Virus record (IMG/VR): IMGVR_UViG_3300020159_000429
Span: 18,577 to 82,576 of that record
DNA: 64,000 nucleotides
From: a virus
Strand: one strand, 5' to 3'
Below are positions 1 to 11,400 of the stretch, piece by piece. The position numbers and the translations under genes are program-made. The notes beneath the pieces were generated by a model. It saw only the letters and a program-made list of their open reading frames with translations. It did not search any database and was not told where the DNA came from. Positions within the stretch are counted from its first letter, which is position 1. Every line of letters starts with the position of its first letter.

Positions 1-1
1 C

Positions 2-208
2 GAGGTTCCTGTTATTATAAAATCGTTTCAAACAGATTTTAAAGACAGTGTTCAATACATTGAAGTAACCGCATTGGACGGTAGTACTCAGTTTGTGCCA
101 ACAGTAAGTACTGTTACGGTAACAGTTAGTCCGATGTACAACAGAGAGTTAACTCGCAAATTTGATCTAAACAAATTCGCCAAAGGCGGATTACTAGGAT
201 ACCTATAA
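2..208 (+). CDS. 3' end of a tail-tube/baseplate initiator-like protein (truncated by window edge)
   Basis: Open frame EVPVIIKSFQTDF...FVPTVSTVTVTVSPMYNR...GYL* ending in a TAATG overlap with the next gene; position directly upstream of a gp53-like gene. Confidence 0.55.
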   Translation, partial: EVPVIIKSFQTDFKDSVQYIEVTALDGSTQFVPTVSTVTVTVSPMYNRELTRKFDLNKFAKGGLLGYL

Positions 209-507
209 TGGCCACATATCAAAATACTTCCCCATGGTATATAACAGAACAAAATTCTTTATATCTAGACATTTTAAAAATACGTCCAGTGCCAGCTGAC
301 ACTCGTGATACTAATTACATTATAGAAACCAAATACAAAAATCGTCCAGATTTATTATCGTACGATCTCTACGGCACACCAAAATTATGGTGGGTGTTTG
401 CTCAAAGAAATATGTCAATAATAAAAGATCCAATATATGATTTTGAACCAGGTGTTGAAATAAAAATTCCTCAACAAAATTTTTTAATATCATATCTAGG
501 AATTTAA
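208..507 (+). CDS. Baseplate wedge protein, T4 gp53-like (LysM-type)
   Basis: Motif RPDLLSYDLYGTPKLWWVFAQRN...EIKIP typical of gp53/gpX LysM proteins; baseplate synteny. Confidence 0.85.
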   Translation: MATYQNTSPWYITEQNSLYLDILKIRPVPADTRDTNYIIETKYKNRPDLLSYDLYGTPKLWWVFAQRNMSIIKDPIYDFEPGVEIKIPQQNFLISYLGI

Positions 508-508
508 T

Positions 509-2770
509 ATGACTGTTTCTATTCGAGGCCTAGCAAACAAAAACGATCAAGCTGCTATAGACATTAGCAGTGTGCGAGCTGAAAATCAAAAAACTGCGTT
601 TGGCGCCTGCGAAGATAATATTTTAAAATCTTACTCAAATGTTACCTACAGATGGACCCTAGCACCCCTCACTCCAAAACAAGTAACACAGCTTCAGACA
701 GGCATTGGTATTGGCAGTTTAAACCCTGGGCTAGCTAATATTGTAATATGTTCCGGAGGCGGTAGAGATGCTGATCGAGCAGCAACAATTTACGGATCAC
801 CAGAATATTTTATTGACAACGTTGAAATTAATACACTGGCCACTCCAACTAAAGAATCTGGCTTGTCTGGTAATCTTACCATGAACTTTGATGTAATTGA
901 ACCGTATAGTCTTGGATTGTTTATTCAAAGTTTACAAGCAGCAGCACTTAGATCAACTTACACCAACTATCTAGAGTGTACATGGTTAATGCAGGTTGAT
1001 TTTTTTGGTGTAGCTGTAAATGGGGGTCGTGAATACATTCCTGATGCGACCCGACTTTATACACAAAAATTACAACAAATATCTTTTGTTGCCACAGAAG
1101 CTGGCAGCAAATATCAAGTTAAAACTTTAGATTTTAATCTTGAAGCGTTTAATAATGTCTATGGTACATTTCCAAGTGCTGCTAATTTTCAAGGAAGTAA
1201 TGTCCAAGAAGCATTATCGAGTCTTGCTAAAGTATTAAATGATGCTCAGGCGCTGGCTGTAAAACAACAAATCATAACAATAGCAGACGAATATGAGATA
1301 GTTGTTAAAGAAGCTAACGGGATTCCTAGTATGGGCATGTTAGGTGACAGGATGAGAGTCTCAAAGTTTCCAGCAGCAACTTCAAGTGATAAATCATCCG
1401 GTTCGGCAAAAGATCCCGCTAAAAGTGCAGACGGAAGGGGAGCACCCGAATACGTTATTAGAAAGTTCACATATCCGCCGGATGACAAGAGACGCATTGT
1501 TGACATGATTAGAGAAGTAATGATTTCTTCAGAATTTATTACAACCGCTATTAAACCAGAAAATATTGATCCAGCCGACGGAATGATTAATTGGTATAGA
1601 ATTAGCGTAGTAACAGAATACAAAGGTACAAACGCTGCAAAGGCAAATGTACAAACTGACTCTGTTCAAAATAGGCCTGCATATAAATTTACCTTTGTAG
1701 TTACTCCTTACAGAGTACATCATGGTGTGGCAAAAACACCACTGGGTCCAACGCTTGGAATGGGTAATAAAGGACTTAAATCCACAATTAAAAAGCAATA
1801 CAATTATCTATATACTGGGCTAAATGACGATATAATTAAATGGGAGTTAAAGTTTGATAATACATTTTACACCTCAATACCTTTTGCTTCTACAGTTACT
1901 GAGAGAGATGTTGCAGGTGTTTTGGGAGAGCGGGCAGCAAAAGGCTCTGCAGTACCATCTAGCCAAGTCAGCAAATTAATAACCCATGCTGGGCGATTAA
2001 TGAGAGACAAACCCGGATCGTATGTAAAACCTATGGGAGGTAGTACTGTTGATTCAGCTGACATTAGAACTGCTAGAGCATTTGAACAAGCAATAATGTT
2101 AGGCACAGAAATGATAACGTTGAATATGACAATTTTAGGTGATCCCTACTACCTATCGAAATCCGGAGCATTTTTAGAACAGATTGGAGCCACCGCTCCC
2201 GGCTCTCAAATTAACAACGATAAAACAATGGCATCGGAGTCAGGAGAAGTTAGGATATTTTTAAGATTTAGGACTCCAATTGACGCTCCAACTCCGGGTG
2301 GTGCTTTGTTTATTTTTCCTGCGTCTGGGTATTCTGACAGTCCGTTTGGCGGATTATATAAAGTTAGATCAGTAAAAAGCAAATTCCACGAAGGTGTGTT
2401 TACACAGGAATTGGATTTGTTTAGAGATAGAGGACAACAGCCCGAAGAAATACTTTCTTTGAGATCTGATCCAAGTGCGGTTTTTAATTCGGCCATTGTA
2501 GTTGACCCGCGTATTAACGGATACAACGGAAACGCTGCCCAAACAACACCACTGGCGGTGGTGTTAACCCCGGATACCGACGGACCTCCTCAACAATCAA
2601 CATTTGGGCCTAAAGTTGAAATTGGCCCCGTAAATCCCGCTGCTAATCTAGCACCTGTCGCATTACCAGACTCACCAAATGGGGGAAGTCCTGTTTTCAA
2701 AACATTGCCAGATGGAAGTAAAATACGATATACTGATGAACTAAAAAATCAATTAGACAATGCTCAATAA
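509..2770 (+). CDS. Baseplate hub protein (gp27/gpD-like)
   Basis: Lies between gp53-like and gp5-like genes; C-terminal ILGDP...GLYKVRSVKSKF..GVFTQEL pattern typical of hub proteins. Confidence 0.6.
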   Translation: MTVSIRGLANKNDQAAIDISSVRAENQKTAFGACEDNILKSYSNVTYRWTLAPLTPKQVTQLQTGIGIGSLNPGLANIVICSGGGRDADRAATIYGSPEYFIDNVEINTLATPTKESGLSGNLTMNFDVIEPYSLGLFIQSLQAAALRSTYTNYLECTWLMQVDFFGVAVNGGREYIPDATRLYTQKLQQISFVATEAGSKYQVKTLDFNLEAFNNVYGTFPSAANFQGSNVQEALSSLAKVLNDAQALAVKQQIITIADEYEIVVKEANGIPSMGMLGDRMRVSKFPAATSSDKSSGSAKDPAKSADGRGAPEYVIRKFTYPPDDKRRIVDMIREVMISSEFITTAIKPENIDPADGMINWYRISVVTEYKGTNAAKANVQTDSVQNRPAYKFTFVVTPYRVHHGVAKTPLGPTLGMGNKGLKSTIKKQYNYLYTGLNDDIIKWELKFDNTFYTSIPFASTVTERDVAGVLGERAAKGSAVPSSQVSKLITHAGRLMRDKPGSYVKPMGGSTVDSADIRTARAFEQAIMLGTEMITLNMTILGDPYYLSKSGAFLEQIGATAPGSQINNDKTMASESGEVRIFLRFRTPIDAPTPGGALFIFPASGYSDSPFGGLYKVRSVKSKFHEGVFTQELDLFRDRGQQPEEILSLRSDPSAVFNSAIVVDPRINGYNGNAAQTTPLAVVLTPDTDGPPQQSTFGPKVEIGPVNPAANLAPVALPDSPNGGSPVFKTLPDGSKIRYTDELKNQLDNAQ

Positions 2771-2781
2771 CAAGGATATAA

Positions 2782-4410
2782 ATGTCAACAACGCATAGAC
2801 AGAGTCAAGAAAAACATCAAGCAGGATTATCGCTGGGCCCCAGACTGGCCAAAGTTGTAGGACACAACGACGGCAACGATTTTATGGGAGGCCTATTAGT
2901 ATCGTTGATCACAGCAGACCCTGCTGCAACTGGTGAAACTTCAAATGTTATTCCTGTAAAATATTGCCCGCCATTCTTTGGAGCCACCGGTGGATTGTAC
3001 AATGGCCTTAACACGGGCAACGATCAAGCCTACAATGACACACAAAAATCATATGGTATGTGTTTTGTGCCACCAGATGTTGGTGTTACTGTATTAGTGA
3101 TATTTGAACAAGAAACAGGTGAAGGATTTTGGATTGGGTGTGTACCAGATACCAACATGAATCATATGGTGCCAGCTATCGCAGCATCGGCTGCTACTGA
3201 CATATCACCAACGCAAAAAAATGATTACGGCGATATCCCACTACCTGTAGCAGAATACAATCAAGTATTAGCTGCTAAAAATAAAAAATCATCAAGCCCA
3301 GAAGAAATTAAAAAACCAGTCCACCCTATAGCAGGTTTCATGTTAGAACAAGGACTGCTGGAAGATGACATCCGTGGAAGAACAACTTCTACAATGCGTA
3401 GAAATCAAACCCCGTCAGTATTTGGGATTCTAACTCCCGGGCCTCTTGATAAACGCCCCGGTGCTAAACGAGCCACCCAAGGAACGTCAAACGATAAAAC
3501 TGATCCTTTACCAGTAAGTCGCGTTGGTGGTACCCAGTTAGTAATGGATGACGGTGATGATCGATTTATAAGAAAAACCCCAGCCAGCGAAGGTCCACCA
3601 GAATATGCCAACGCACTTAAAAAAGAAGCAGGCGATGTTCGAATCCCTATTAGTGAATACTTCCGTGTGAGAACACGCACAGGCCACCAGCTACTATTAC
3701 ATAATTCTGAAGATTTAATCTATATTGGTAACAGCAGAGGTACTGCTTGGATAGAGTTAAGCAGTGATGGAAAGATAGATATTTTTGCTGCAGACTCTGT
3801 AAGTATTCACACCCAAGGTGATTTTAATTTCCGTGCTGATAGAGATATAAATCTTGAAGCTGGAAGAAACATTAACACAAGAGCGGAAGGTGAATATAGG
3901 CAAGATATTGAAAAAGATTTTACATCGTATATCAACGGCAAAGTAACAAGCTATGTCGACGGTGATATACAAAATATTTTTAATGGCAATGTTGTAGAAA
4001 CAATAGCACAGAATTTTGAAATAAAGGTAGGTGCTGACCACAAAATCAAAGTAGCTGCTAACAGTCATTTAACAGCAGGCGTTAGTGTATTCTCCACAGC
4101 AGGAGTTGACAGTCACTTTTTAAGCGGCAGCAAACATGTAGAATACGCTGAACGTATTGAAATAAAATGTGACCCGGCAACTCCGGCATTGCCACCATCA
4201 CTAGCAGAAGCAGCAGCTAAACAAGAACGAATTTCTTTAATTGATATCGATCTTGTTGATGCTTCACAAAAGTATGTTGATACTCGATATCAATCAACCG
4301 AAACAATAAAGAGTATTATGAAAAGGGTTCCTATGCATGAGCCTTGGTATCAGCATGAAAACGTTGATCCTCAAAAATATAAGTTTGACATGACTGATCG
4401 AGATGCGTAA
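2782..4410 (+). CDS. Baseplate central spike, gp5/VgrG-like (OB-fold plus beta-helix, no lysozyme domain)
   Basis: SYGMCFVPPDVGVTVLVIF...GFWIGC OB-fold motif, RTRTGHQLLLH, roughly 8-residue V.G-type repeats. Confidence 0.8.
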   Translation: MSTTHRQSQEKHQAGLSLGPRLAKVVGHNDGNDFMGGLLVSLITADPAATGETSNVIPVKYCPPFFGATGGLYNGLNTGNDQAYNDTQKSYGMCFVPPDVGVTVLVIFEQETGEGFWIGCVPDTNMNHMVPAIAASAATDISPTQKNDYGDIPLPVAEYNQVLAAKNKKSSSPEEIKKPVHPIAGFMLEQGLLEDDIRGRTTSTMRRNQTPSVFGILTPGPLDKRPGAKRATQGTSNDKTDPLPVSRVGGTQLVMDDGDDRFIRKTPASEGPPEYANALKKEAGDVRIPISEYFRVRTRTGHQLLLHNSEDLIYIGNSRGTAWIELSSDGKIDIFAADSVSIHTQGDFNFRADRDINLEAGRNINTRAEGEYRQDIEKDFTSYINGKVTSYVDGDIQNIFNGNVVETIAQNFEIKVGADHKIKVAANSHLTAGVSVFSTAGVDSHFLSGSKHVEYAERIEIKCDPATPALPPSLAEAAAKQERISLIDIDLVDASQKYVDTRYQSTETIKSIMKRVPMHEPWYQHENVDPQKYKFDMTDRDA

Positions 4411-4421
4411 GGAGAATAATA

Positions 4422-4874
4422 ATGGCCAATAAAATTTATAATGTAACACGGATTGAATCTTCAACAGCGTCTGTTGGCGATAATAGAGTTGATGGGCTGT
4501 TTGCCTACAAGGGATTCAACAGCAGGGTTATTAAACAACGATTTAAGCTCTACGATATTGATTTAATTAAACAAGATTTATTAAATCACTTTAATATTAA
4601 AAAAGGCGAAAAATTAGAAAATCCAGATTTTGGAACTATAATTTGGTCAATGATTTACGAACCAATGGATGATGCTGCTATACGGACAGTGTCAGAAGAT
4701 GTACAACGAATTGTCAACTCTGATCCACGTACAGCAGTTGAAACTCTCAAAGTTGATGCTACTGAACAAGGGCTCAGAATAGAAGTAGGGCTGCGATATG
4801 TTGATTTTAATCAAGTAGAAATAATGTACTTGAACTTTGATAAATCTAGCGTTCCTAACAGTACTCCTAGATAA
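4422..4874 (+). CDS. Baseplate wedge / sheath initiator, T4 gp25-like
   Basis: LIKQDLLNHFNIKKGEKLENPDFGT..W..IYEP...DPR signature of the gp25 family. Confidence 0.9.
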   Translation: MANKIYNVTRIESSTASVGDNRVDGLFAYKGFNSRVIKQRFKLYDIDLIKQDLLNHFNIKKGEKLENPDFGTIIWSMIYEPMDDAAIRTVSEDVQRIVNSDPRTAVETLKVDATEQGLRIEVGLRYVDFNQVEIMYLNFDKSSVPNSTPR

Positions 4875-4895
4875 TATGCGTACATTTTTATTCAA

Positions 4896-4902
4896 ATAAA
4901 TA
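4896..4902 (+). promoter_or_regulatory. T4-late-like promoter ATAAATA upstream of the gp6-like gene
   Basis: ATAAATA in an intergenic gap, 17 nt before the ATG; the same motif recurs at other intergenic sites. Confidence 0.6.
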
Positions 4903-4919
4903 CTGTACAGGACACGTTA

Positions 4920-7900
4920 ATGACAACTACTACTAGACAAAATAATTTAATTCTTGCCGAAGATTGGACAAGAATTTACCAGACCTTTAAAAATGCTGAC
5001 TTTAAATCCTACGATTTTGAGAATCTTCGTAGGGTTATGGTTGCTTACATTAAAGAAAACTATCCCGAAGATTTCAATGATTTTATTGAAAGTTCTGAAT
5101 TTATTGCGTTAATTGACCTAATAGCATTCCTTGGTCAAAGCCTAGCATTCCGCATTGATTTAAACAGTCGCGAAAACTTTATTGAACTAGCTGACAGAAA
5201 AGAAAGTGTTCTGCGATTAGCTAGAATGCTGGCCTACAATGCCAAGCGAAATCAATCAGCATCAGGGTTATTAAAGTTTGAAAGCGTAAGCACTACAGAG
5301 GATTTGATCGATAGTAACGGTACTAATCTAGCAAGACAATCAATCGTATGGAACGATCCTTCAAACTCGAATTGGTATGAGCAATTTATACAAGTACTAA
5401 ACGCCGCCATGATTGAAAACGTTGAGTTTGGCAAAGACCAAGCTAACAAAACTATAGATGGTATTAGAACTGAACAGTATAGATTAAATTCTTTTTCTAC
5501 AGCAGTTCCTGTGTTTTCATTTGGTAAAATTGCTGGTGGAAGAAATACTACATTTGAAATATTAAGCACGGGGATTGGTTCATCAGAATTTATTTTTGAA
5601 GAAGCTCCGCTACCGGGTCGTCAGGTAGGGTTTGTTTACAGACAAGACGGAAAAGGAACTGCGAGTATCAACACTGGTTTCTTTATGATCTTTAAACAAG
5701 GATCACTAGAGAGTGCTGAATTTTCTATAACAGCACCGACACCTAATGAAATAGTGTCAATTGCTACTCAAAATATCAATGATTCAGATGTATGGTTATA
5801 TTCGTTAGACGCATCGAGGACGTTGACTAATTATTGGACCCCAGTCGGATCTGTGGTTGGTAACAACATAGTTTACAATAGTTTAAACAGTAATCAACGA
5901 AATGTATATTCTATCATAACTCAATCTGATGATGCAATTGATCTACAATTTTCAGATGGCGTTTACGGAAATTTACCGCAAGGCGATTTTAGGGTTTATT
6001 ACCGAGTAAGCAACGGTTTCTCGTATGTAATTCCGCCCAACGACATGAAGAACATCTCAGTTAGTATACCTTATATCAATGCTAGGGGTATTCAACACAC
6101 CCTAACTATTTCGTTAGGACTAGAATACACTGTTGAAAACAGTGCTCCGTCGGAGACTATTGATTCTATTAGATCAAAAGCTCCTGCGATATATTACACA
6201 CAAAATAGAATGATCACCGGAGAGGATTATAACCTTGCTCCTTTATCATCATCTCAAGAAGTATTAAAAGTCAAAGCTATAAACAGAACCAGTAGTGGTA
6301 TTAGCAGAAGCTTTGACATTATCGATGCTTCTGGAAAATATTCTAAAATTAATGTTTTTGCTGATGACGGCCTTGTCTATAGAAAAGACGAAGAACGAAA
6401 TTATTCGTTCAAATATTCTAACAAAAATGTAGTATTAAATTTTATTAGAAATACCATACAGCCAGCATTATCGTCATTTCAAACTTATAATTTTTATCTA
6501 ACAAATTTTGATAAAATTTTTACAGCTGACGTCAATGTTAAATGGATTAAATCGACCACCGAAGAAAACGCATCAACCGGTTTCTTTGGTAATGTGTTTG
6601 ACAGTTTTCCTATTAAAGTAGGCACATATACAACAAGTAATCTGCGTTATATTGAAATTGGTGGATTGGTTAAATTTATTCCTCCGAGTGCTAGTCAAGC
6701 ATTTTATAGAGGCGAATTAGTTAACTATGATCCTGCTAACAAAGACCATAAAAAATTCGTATGGACCAAGATAGTAAAATTAGTAGGGGACGGTACTAAC
6801 GCAGGTAAAGGTAATTTAAATTCCGGCAAAGGTCCTATTACATTTAGTGAAGTGATTCCAACAGGGTCGTTACCTTCACAAGTTGTATCTAAATTTGCGT
6901 CAACTATTCCAACCGATATTGAAAATGAAATTTTAAATCTTACTTTTAGTAATGAAACATTTGGCCTACGTTACGATGTATTAGCAGGCGAGTGGACAGT
7001 TATTAGTTCAACAAACGTTGATCTAGAAAACAATTTTAATCTAGGTCAAGCAGGCGATTCGACAAATACCAACGTTGATAGCTCTTGGTTAGTTGCGTTT
7101 GTTTACGACGGTGACGAATATAGAGTACGAGTTCGCGGCACAGAATACATTTTTTCAAGCGTATCTCAAAATAGATTCTATTTTGATCGAGGAGAAAAAG
7201 TTTACGACAGTCGTGCTAGAACATTAATAAAAGATCAAATAAAAGTGTTAGGTATCAATGAGTCACCGCAGAGTTCCATTGCCACAAATATAGAACTTGC
7301 TGACGCAATACTAGCACTAAGGAATTCAAATCCGTTGTTTACAGCATCTGATGTTTTAAGTATTGTTGATAGACAACAAACATTAAAAGATAATATTTCT
7401 TTTGAAATTGCCGATTCGGTAAGATATCAAGACGGGTATAAGAGTGCTGATTCTATCAAACTTTCTTTTTACGACAGTGACGATGACGGAGTCATTGACA
7501 ATCCAGATTCTTTTGATGAGATAGTAGGCATCGACCTATTAACAAAATATATTTTCTTCCAACAGGTACAGGATGAAAATGGATTTGATGTGTTTAACTA
7601 TGTTCCAAATATTAACAATCGTTTCGTAATCAAAGACAAAGAGATTAATGTTAATGTCAACGAATACGATCACAATCAGTTGATTTATTTTTATGACCAA
7701 GGCGAAAATATCATCAAGCGTGTTGACCTAATTACTAGATCATTTATACTAGAGCCAAGCTACGTTGCTTACATAGGCAGAGATAATTTAAAGTTTCAGT
7801 ACATTCACAATGCTAGCGAAAGTCGAAGAATTGATCCTAGCGTTAGCAATATTATTGATGTATATCTATTGACAAGGTCCTACGATACTTCTTACAGACG

Positions 7901-8429
7901 ATGGTTAACTGGCGGCCTAGCAACTAAACCAGAAATACCAACATCAGAATCGTTAAACGCACAATTTGGAGCCAACCTTACATCTATTAAATCTATCAGC
8001 GATGAAATAGTATACCACCCTGTAAAATATTTTTCTTTGTTTGGTGATAAGGCCACACCAGACTTTCAGGCAGTATTTAAAGTAGTAAAAAATCCAAATC
8101 GAGTATTAAATGACAACGACCTAAAGGTGAGAATTATCAACAGCATTAATGAATTTTTCTCTGTAGAGAATTGGGACTTTGGTGATAGATTTTATACCGG
8201 TGAATTGATTACGTATATCATATCACAAAATTCTCCAGATATTAGTAATATGGTATTGGTTCCAAAACAGGAAAATCAAGCCTACGGAAGTTTGGTTGAA
8301 ATTAGAGCACAGCCAGACGAAATTTTAGTAAGTGCTGCTACTGTTGATAACATTGAGATTTTATATAATATCACAGCAACAGAACTAAATCTATTGAACA
8401 GCCAAGTTGTAACTAGGACGGGTCAGTAA
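4920..8429 (+). CDS. Baseplate wedge subunit, T4 gp6-like
   Basis: DFENLR...YPEDFNDF...LIDLIAFL...RENF..LA.RKESV.RLA.MLAY N-terminus and ETIDSIRSKAP..YYTQNRMITGEDY motif. Confidence 0.88.
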   Translation: MTTTTRQNNLILAEDWTRIYQTFKNADFKSYDFENLRRVMVAYIKENYPEDFNDFIESSEFIALIDLIAFLGQSLAFRIDLNSRENFIELADRKESVLRLARMLAYNAKRNQSASGLLKFESVSTTEDLIDSNGTNLARQSIVWNDPSNSNWYEQFIQVLNAAMIENVEFGKDQANKTIDGIRTEQYRLNSFSTAVPVFSFGKIAGGRNTTFEILSTGIGSSEFIFEEAPLPGRQVGFVYRQDGKGTASINTGFFMIFKQGSLESAEFSITAPTPNEIVSIATQNINDSDVWLYSLDASRTLTNYWTPVGSVVGNNIVYNSLNSNQRNVYSIITQSDDAIDLQFSDGVYGNLPQGDFRVYYRVSNGFSYVIPPNDMKNISVSIPYINARGIQHTLTISLGLEYTVENSAPSETIDSIRSKAPAIYYTQNRMITGEDYNLAPLSSSQEVLKVKAINRTSSGISRSFDIIDASGKYSKINVFADDGLVYRKDEERNYSFKYSNKNVVLNFIRNTIQPALSSFQTYNFYLTNFDKIFTADVNVKWIKSTTEENASTGFFGNVFDSFPIKVGTYTTSNLRYIEIGGLVKFIPPSASQAFYRGELVNYDPANKDHKKFVWTKIVKLVGDGTNAGKGNLNSGKGPITFSEVIPTGSLPSQVVSKFASTIPTDIENEILNLTFSNETFGLRYDVLAGEWTVISSTNVDLENNFNLGQAGDSTNTNVDSSWLVAFVYDGDEYRVRVRGTEYIFSSVSQNRFYFDRGEKVYDSRARTLIKDQIKVLGINESPQSSIATNIELADAILALRNSNPLFTASDVLSIVDRQQTLKDNISFEIADSVRYQDGYKSADSIKLSFYDSDDDGVIDNPDSFDEIVGIDLLTKYIFFQQVQDENGFDVFNYVPNINNRFVIKDKEINVNVNEYDHNQLIYFYDQGENIIKRVDLITRSFILEPSYVAYIGRDNLKFQYIHNASESRRIDPSVSNIIDVYLLTRSYDTSYRRWLTGGLATKPEIPTSESLNAQFGANLTSIKSISDEIVYHPVKYFSLFGDKATPDFQAVFKVVKNPNRVLNDNDLKVRIINSINEFFSVENWDFGDRFYTGELITYIISQNSPDISNMVLVPKQENQAYGSLVEIRAQPDEILVSAATVDNIEILYNITATELNLLNSQVVTRTGQ

Positions 8430-11400
8430 TGTCAAATAAAATTTTTAAGAAAAGTGAGCTTCCGTTAAGAAGAACGGTTGAGTTACTTCCTGATACATTT
8501 AAAACTAGTACCAATGATAAATTTTTATCAGCTACTTTAGATGCTTTAGTACAACCAGGAACACTTGATAGATTATCAGGATTTGTTGGTAGAAAATATG
8601 GAAAGACGTACAACAGTCGAGACATCTATGTTGATGCCGAAGCTTCGTTGAGATCTGCTTATCAACTAGAACCGTCTGTTGTAGTTGAAGCTAACGGCAA
8701 AGTTAAAAAATCCTACGACTATATAGATCTTAAAAACCAATTAAAGTTTTTTAGCAATATCTCAGAAAGAGATGATATTGTAACAAACCAAAAACAATAT
8801 ACATGGAGCCCGCCTGTTGACTGGGACAAGTTTGTAAATTACAGAGAATACTACTGGTTACCAGTTGGACCTGAAACGTTATCTGTAGCAGGACAAACAG
8901 AAGAAGTAGAGTCAACATACAGAGTTAGATCCGACGGGCAAAATGAGTGGATTTTTTATCCAGACGGATTAAAGCGTAATCCACAATTGACATTGTATCG
9001 AGGCCAAACCTACAGCTTTGATGTTAATAGCCCTGGTGATCCTTTCTTTATTAGAACAGGAAATCTGTTAGGTGAACAATTAAATTATAACAAAGGGGTT
9101 ACAAACAACGGAACAGAAGTAGGCACAGTTACGTTTCAAATCCCGCTTGACGCTCCTGATTTGCTTTACTATCAAAGCGGAACAAACATTAATCGTGTGG
9201 GTAGTTTTGTTGTTGCTTCAGTTACTGACAATTCTTTTATCAATGTCGAACAAGAAGTTTTAGGAAAAATAAATTACACTAGTTCTAATAACGTAGTGTT
9301 TACCAACGGTTTAAAAATTCAGTTCATTGGAAAAGTTGAACCAGCAATTTACAAGGGCACTACATGGTTGGTCGAAGGTGTTGGCGAATCTATTAAACTA
9401 GTTAACTTTGCTGAATTAGAAATTCCACCTATTGAAGTATCGGATATAGAAATAACATTTGATGACGGAGGGTTTGACACACAACCTTTTGATGATGCTA
9501 GTTCTTATCCAACACGAAAAGATTATATCACAATAAACAAAGCAAGCAATGATAAAAATCCATGGAGCCGCTATAATAGGTGGTTCCATAGATCAGTAAT
9601 CGAATACTCAGCAGCCAAGAACGGTGTTCCTCCTGCGGTAACAGAAATTGACAGAGCAAAACGACCAATTGTAGAATTTCAACCAAATCTTCAATTGTTC
9701 AATCACGGATCAGTTTCTAAAAAATCAATAGACCTAATCGATAATTTTACATCAGATGTATTTTCAACAATTGAAGGATCAGCAGGTTACAATATTGACG
9801 GGCAGCAATTAAATGATGGCGACCGTGTGTTATTTGTTAACGATCCCGATCCGTTTGTTAAAAATAAAATTTTTGTAGTTAACTTTATCCGAGTACAAAC
9901 AAGTGCTAATATTCTTAACAGAATACAAATAAGTCTTGTCGAAGCCGAAGATTCAAATCCTGTATTTGGTGAGTCGGTGATTGTGTCAAAAGGTAGCCCT
10001 TCGAATAAAGGAAGAATGTTTCACTTTGACGGGGACAACTGGGTAAAAAGTCAGCTCAAAACAAAAATAAATCAATCACCGTTGTTTGATTTATACGACA
10101 GCGACGGTGTTTCATTCTCAGACAGCCAGCGTTATGAAACTTCTACCTTTTTTGGATCAGAACTGTTAAGCTATAAAGTAGGAACAGGGCCTGTAGATAC
10201 AGAACTTGATTTTCCTTTGAGTTATCTAAACATCAATAATTCAGGAGACATTGTTTTTGAAGTTGACTTTGAAACTGACAAGTTTGTTTACCAATCAGCT
10301 GGGCAAACAGTTGTAGGTACAACTGCATCGGGATTTTTTAAAAATACAGAATCTAACGAATTTTCAAATAGCTGGATAGATTATAATTCTACACTATATC
10401 AACCAATCGTCGAAACTACACTAGTGTCGACTAATACTAATACTATAGAATCGAAAGCATGTCTGTGGACTACAGACGCAACAGAGCACATTTTATTTTA
10501 CATTAACGGTGAAAAATTTAATGGAACATTTACTGACTCTATTGGAGTTGAGTCTAGAACATTTGTGTTTGATCAAACCTTTAACAGCGGCGATGTTGTT
10601 ACAATTAAAATCTATACAGATGCCAACCCTGATCTAGGATACTACGAGATTCCGTTACCACTAGAAAAAAATCCGTTAAATCAAAATCTAACTCAGTTTA
10701 CATTGGGTCAAGCTAATGATCATGTAAGATCAATGATTGAAGTTGACACAGGCTTCCAGGGTATATTCCCTGGATCAAGTAACATTAGAGATATTTCTAA
10801 CTACCGTCAAAACGGTCGTAGATTTATCAAACATTCGGGATTGAGTGTAGCAGCCTATCCGTTGATGTGTGACAAAGACATTAATCTAGTAAAGTCATTA
10901 AGATACGCTGCCAGTGAATATGAAAAATTTAAAAATAATTTCATTAAGCTAGCAGGCGATCTTAACTTTGATCAACGAAGTACAATTGAATTTGTTGATG
11001 TAATTTTAGAAAAAATGTCTAAGACTAATGTAATTGAATTTCCATTCTCAACATCGGACATGATTGGTAGCGGAGCATTTAGAGCAATAAATTACACAGT
11101 CGAAGATGAAGGCATAACAACTTTTGCCCTTAGTCAAAAATTTGATCTTGAAACAATATCACAACAGGCTGTGTATGTTTATGTTAATGATTTGCAATTA
11201 TTATACAAATTTGATTATGAATTTGATTCAACCTTTGGTTTTGTAAAATTATTAGTTGAATTACACGAAGGCGATCGAATTGAAATTAGAGAGTACTTAT
11301 CAACCTCGTATAACTTTATTCCTGAAACTCCTACTAAGCTAGGGCTTTATAAAAAGTTTACTCCTAGGATTTATCTTGACAATACATTTATTGAGCCAGC

